Source of the DNA: Candidatus Micrarchaeota archaeon
GTDB taxonomy: Archaea > Micrarchaeota > Micrarchaeia > Norongarragalinales > Norongarragalinaceae
Length of the DNA: 45,851 nucleotides
Direction: 5' to 3'
NCBI GenBank assembly: GCA_043822385.1
Contig: JBDRBT010000021.1
Coordinates: forward strand, 1 to 45,851
The notes below the pieces were generated by a model that saw only the letters and a program-made list of their open reading frames with translations, did no database searches and was not told where the DNA came from. Shown here in pieces: positions 45,549 through 45,851 of the stretch. Position 1 is the first letter of the stretch, and each line of letters begins with the position of its first letter. Made by a program: the position numbers and the translations under genes.

Positions 45549-45811
45549 ACTTCAACACCCTCGCGCCTAATCTTCTTTAACAGTTTTGGATTCCAAATCC
45601 AAGTAACCGTCTTGTCATCCTCGATGAAAACTTTACCTGAATGCACTAAGTATTCCAAGGTAGTGAGGAATGTTTGCCACATTACCTTCTTAGGTAACTT
45701 CTTCCACACTTCAGTAATAGTCTTATCGCCACGGCTAGCTCTAACCGCGTCTTCAATCATCAAAACAGTATCCAAACGCGGGTAACGCAACACATTATTC
45801 TTAAACACCAT
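45545..45811 (-). CDS. Small wHTH-like protein, candidate antitoxin
   Basis: About 88 aa (YPRLDTVLMIE...WIWNP); overlaps the downstream RelE-like gene by 4 bp. Confidence 0.55.
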   Translation of the reverse strand: MVFKNNVLRYPRLDTVLMIEDAVRASRGDKTITEVWKKLPKKVMWQTFLTTLEYLVHSGKVFIEDDKTVTWIWNPKLLKKIRREGVEV

Positions 45812-45851
45812 AGACTGCACAATAAAACACCTATATATCAATTGATATATA

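Overview
Compact, AT-rich archaeal chromosome segment, most likely from a DPANN-type archaeon. Evidence: eS26, AglB, NucS, an archaeal-type TrpRS, CCA-less tRNAs with 37/38 introns, GGTG-type RBS motifs, many GTG/TTG starts and bacterial-type GAPDH. Left to right it holds: a partial transaldolase; a copper cluster (copA, copZ, Met-rich membrane protein, cupredoxin, divergent membrane-anchored regulator); a 7.2-kb accessory region (4451-11640); housekeeping, transport and tRNA genes (tRNA-Glu, -Val, and intron-containing -Ser and -Thr); an N-glycosylation/surface-glycan locus (28.5-45.2 kb); and a probable toxin-antitoxin pair. The best candidate for an undescribed system is the accessory region. 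Five extra copies of the last 11 nt of tRNA-Glu(CTC) (TGCTCCGAACG on +), most with conserved inverted-repeat arms (TTAGGGAT...ATCCCTAA), cut it into 0.47-2.4 kb gene modules. All module genes are co-oriented with the tRNA and no integrase is present in the window. This looks like an integron-like, tRNA-anchored tandem cassette array. All calls come from reading the sequence by eye; no database searches were run.
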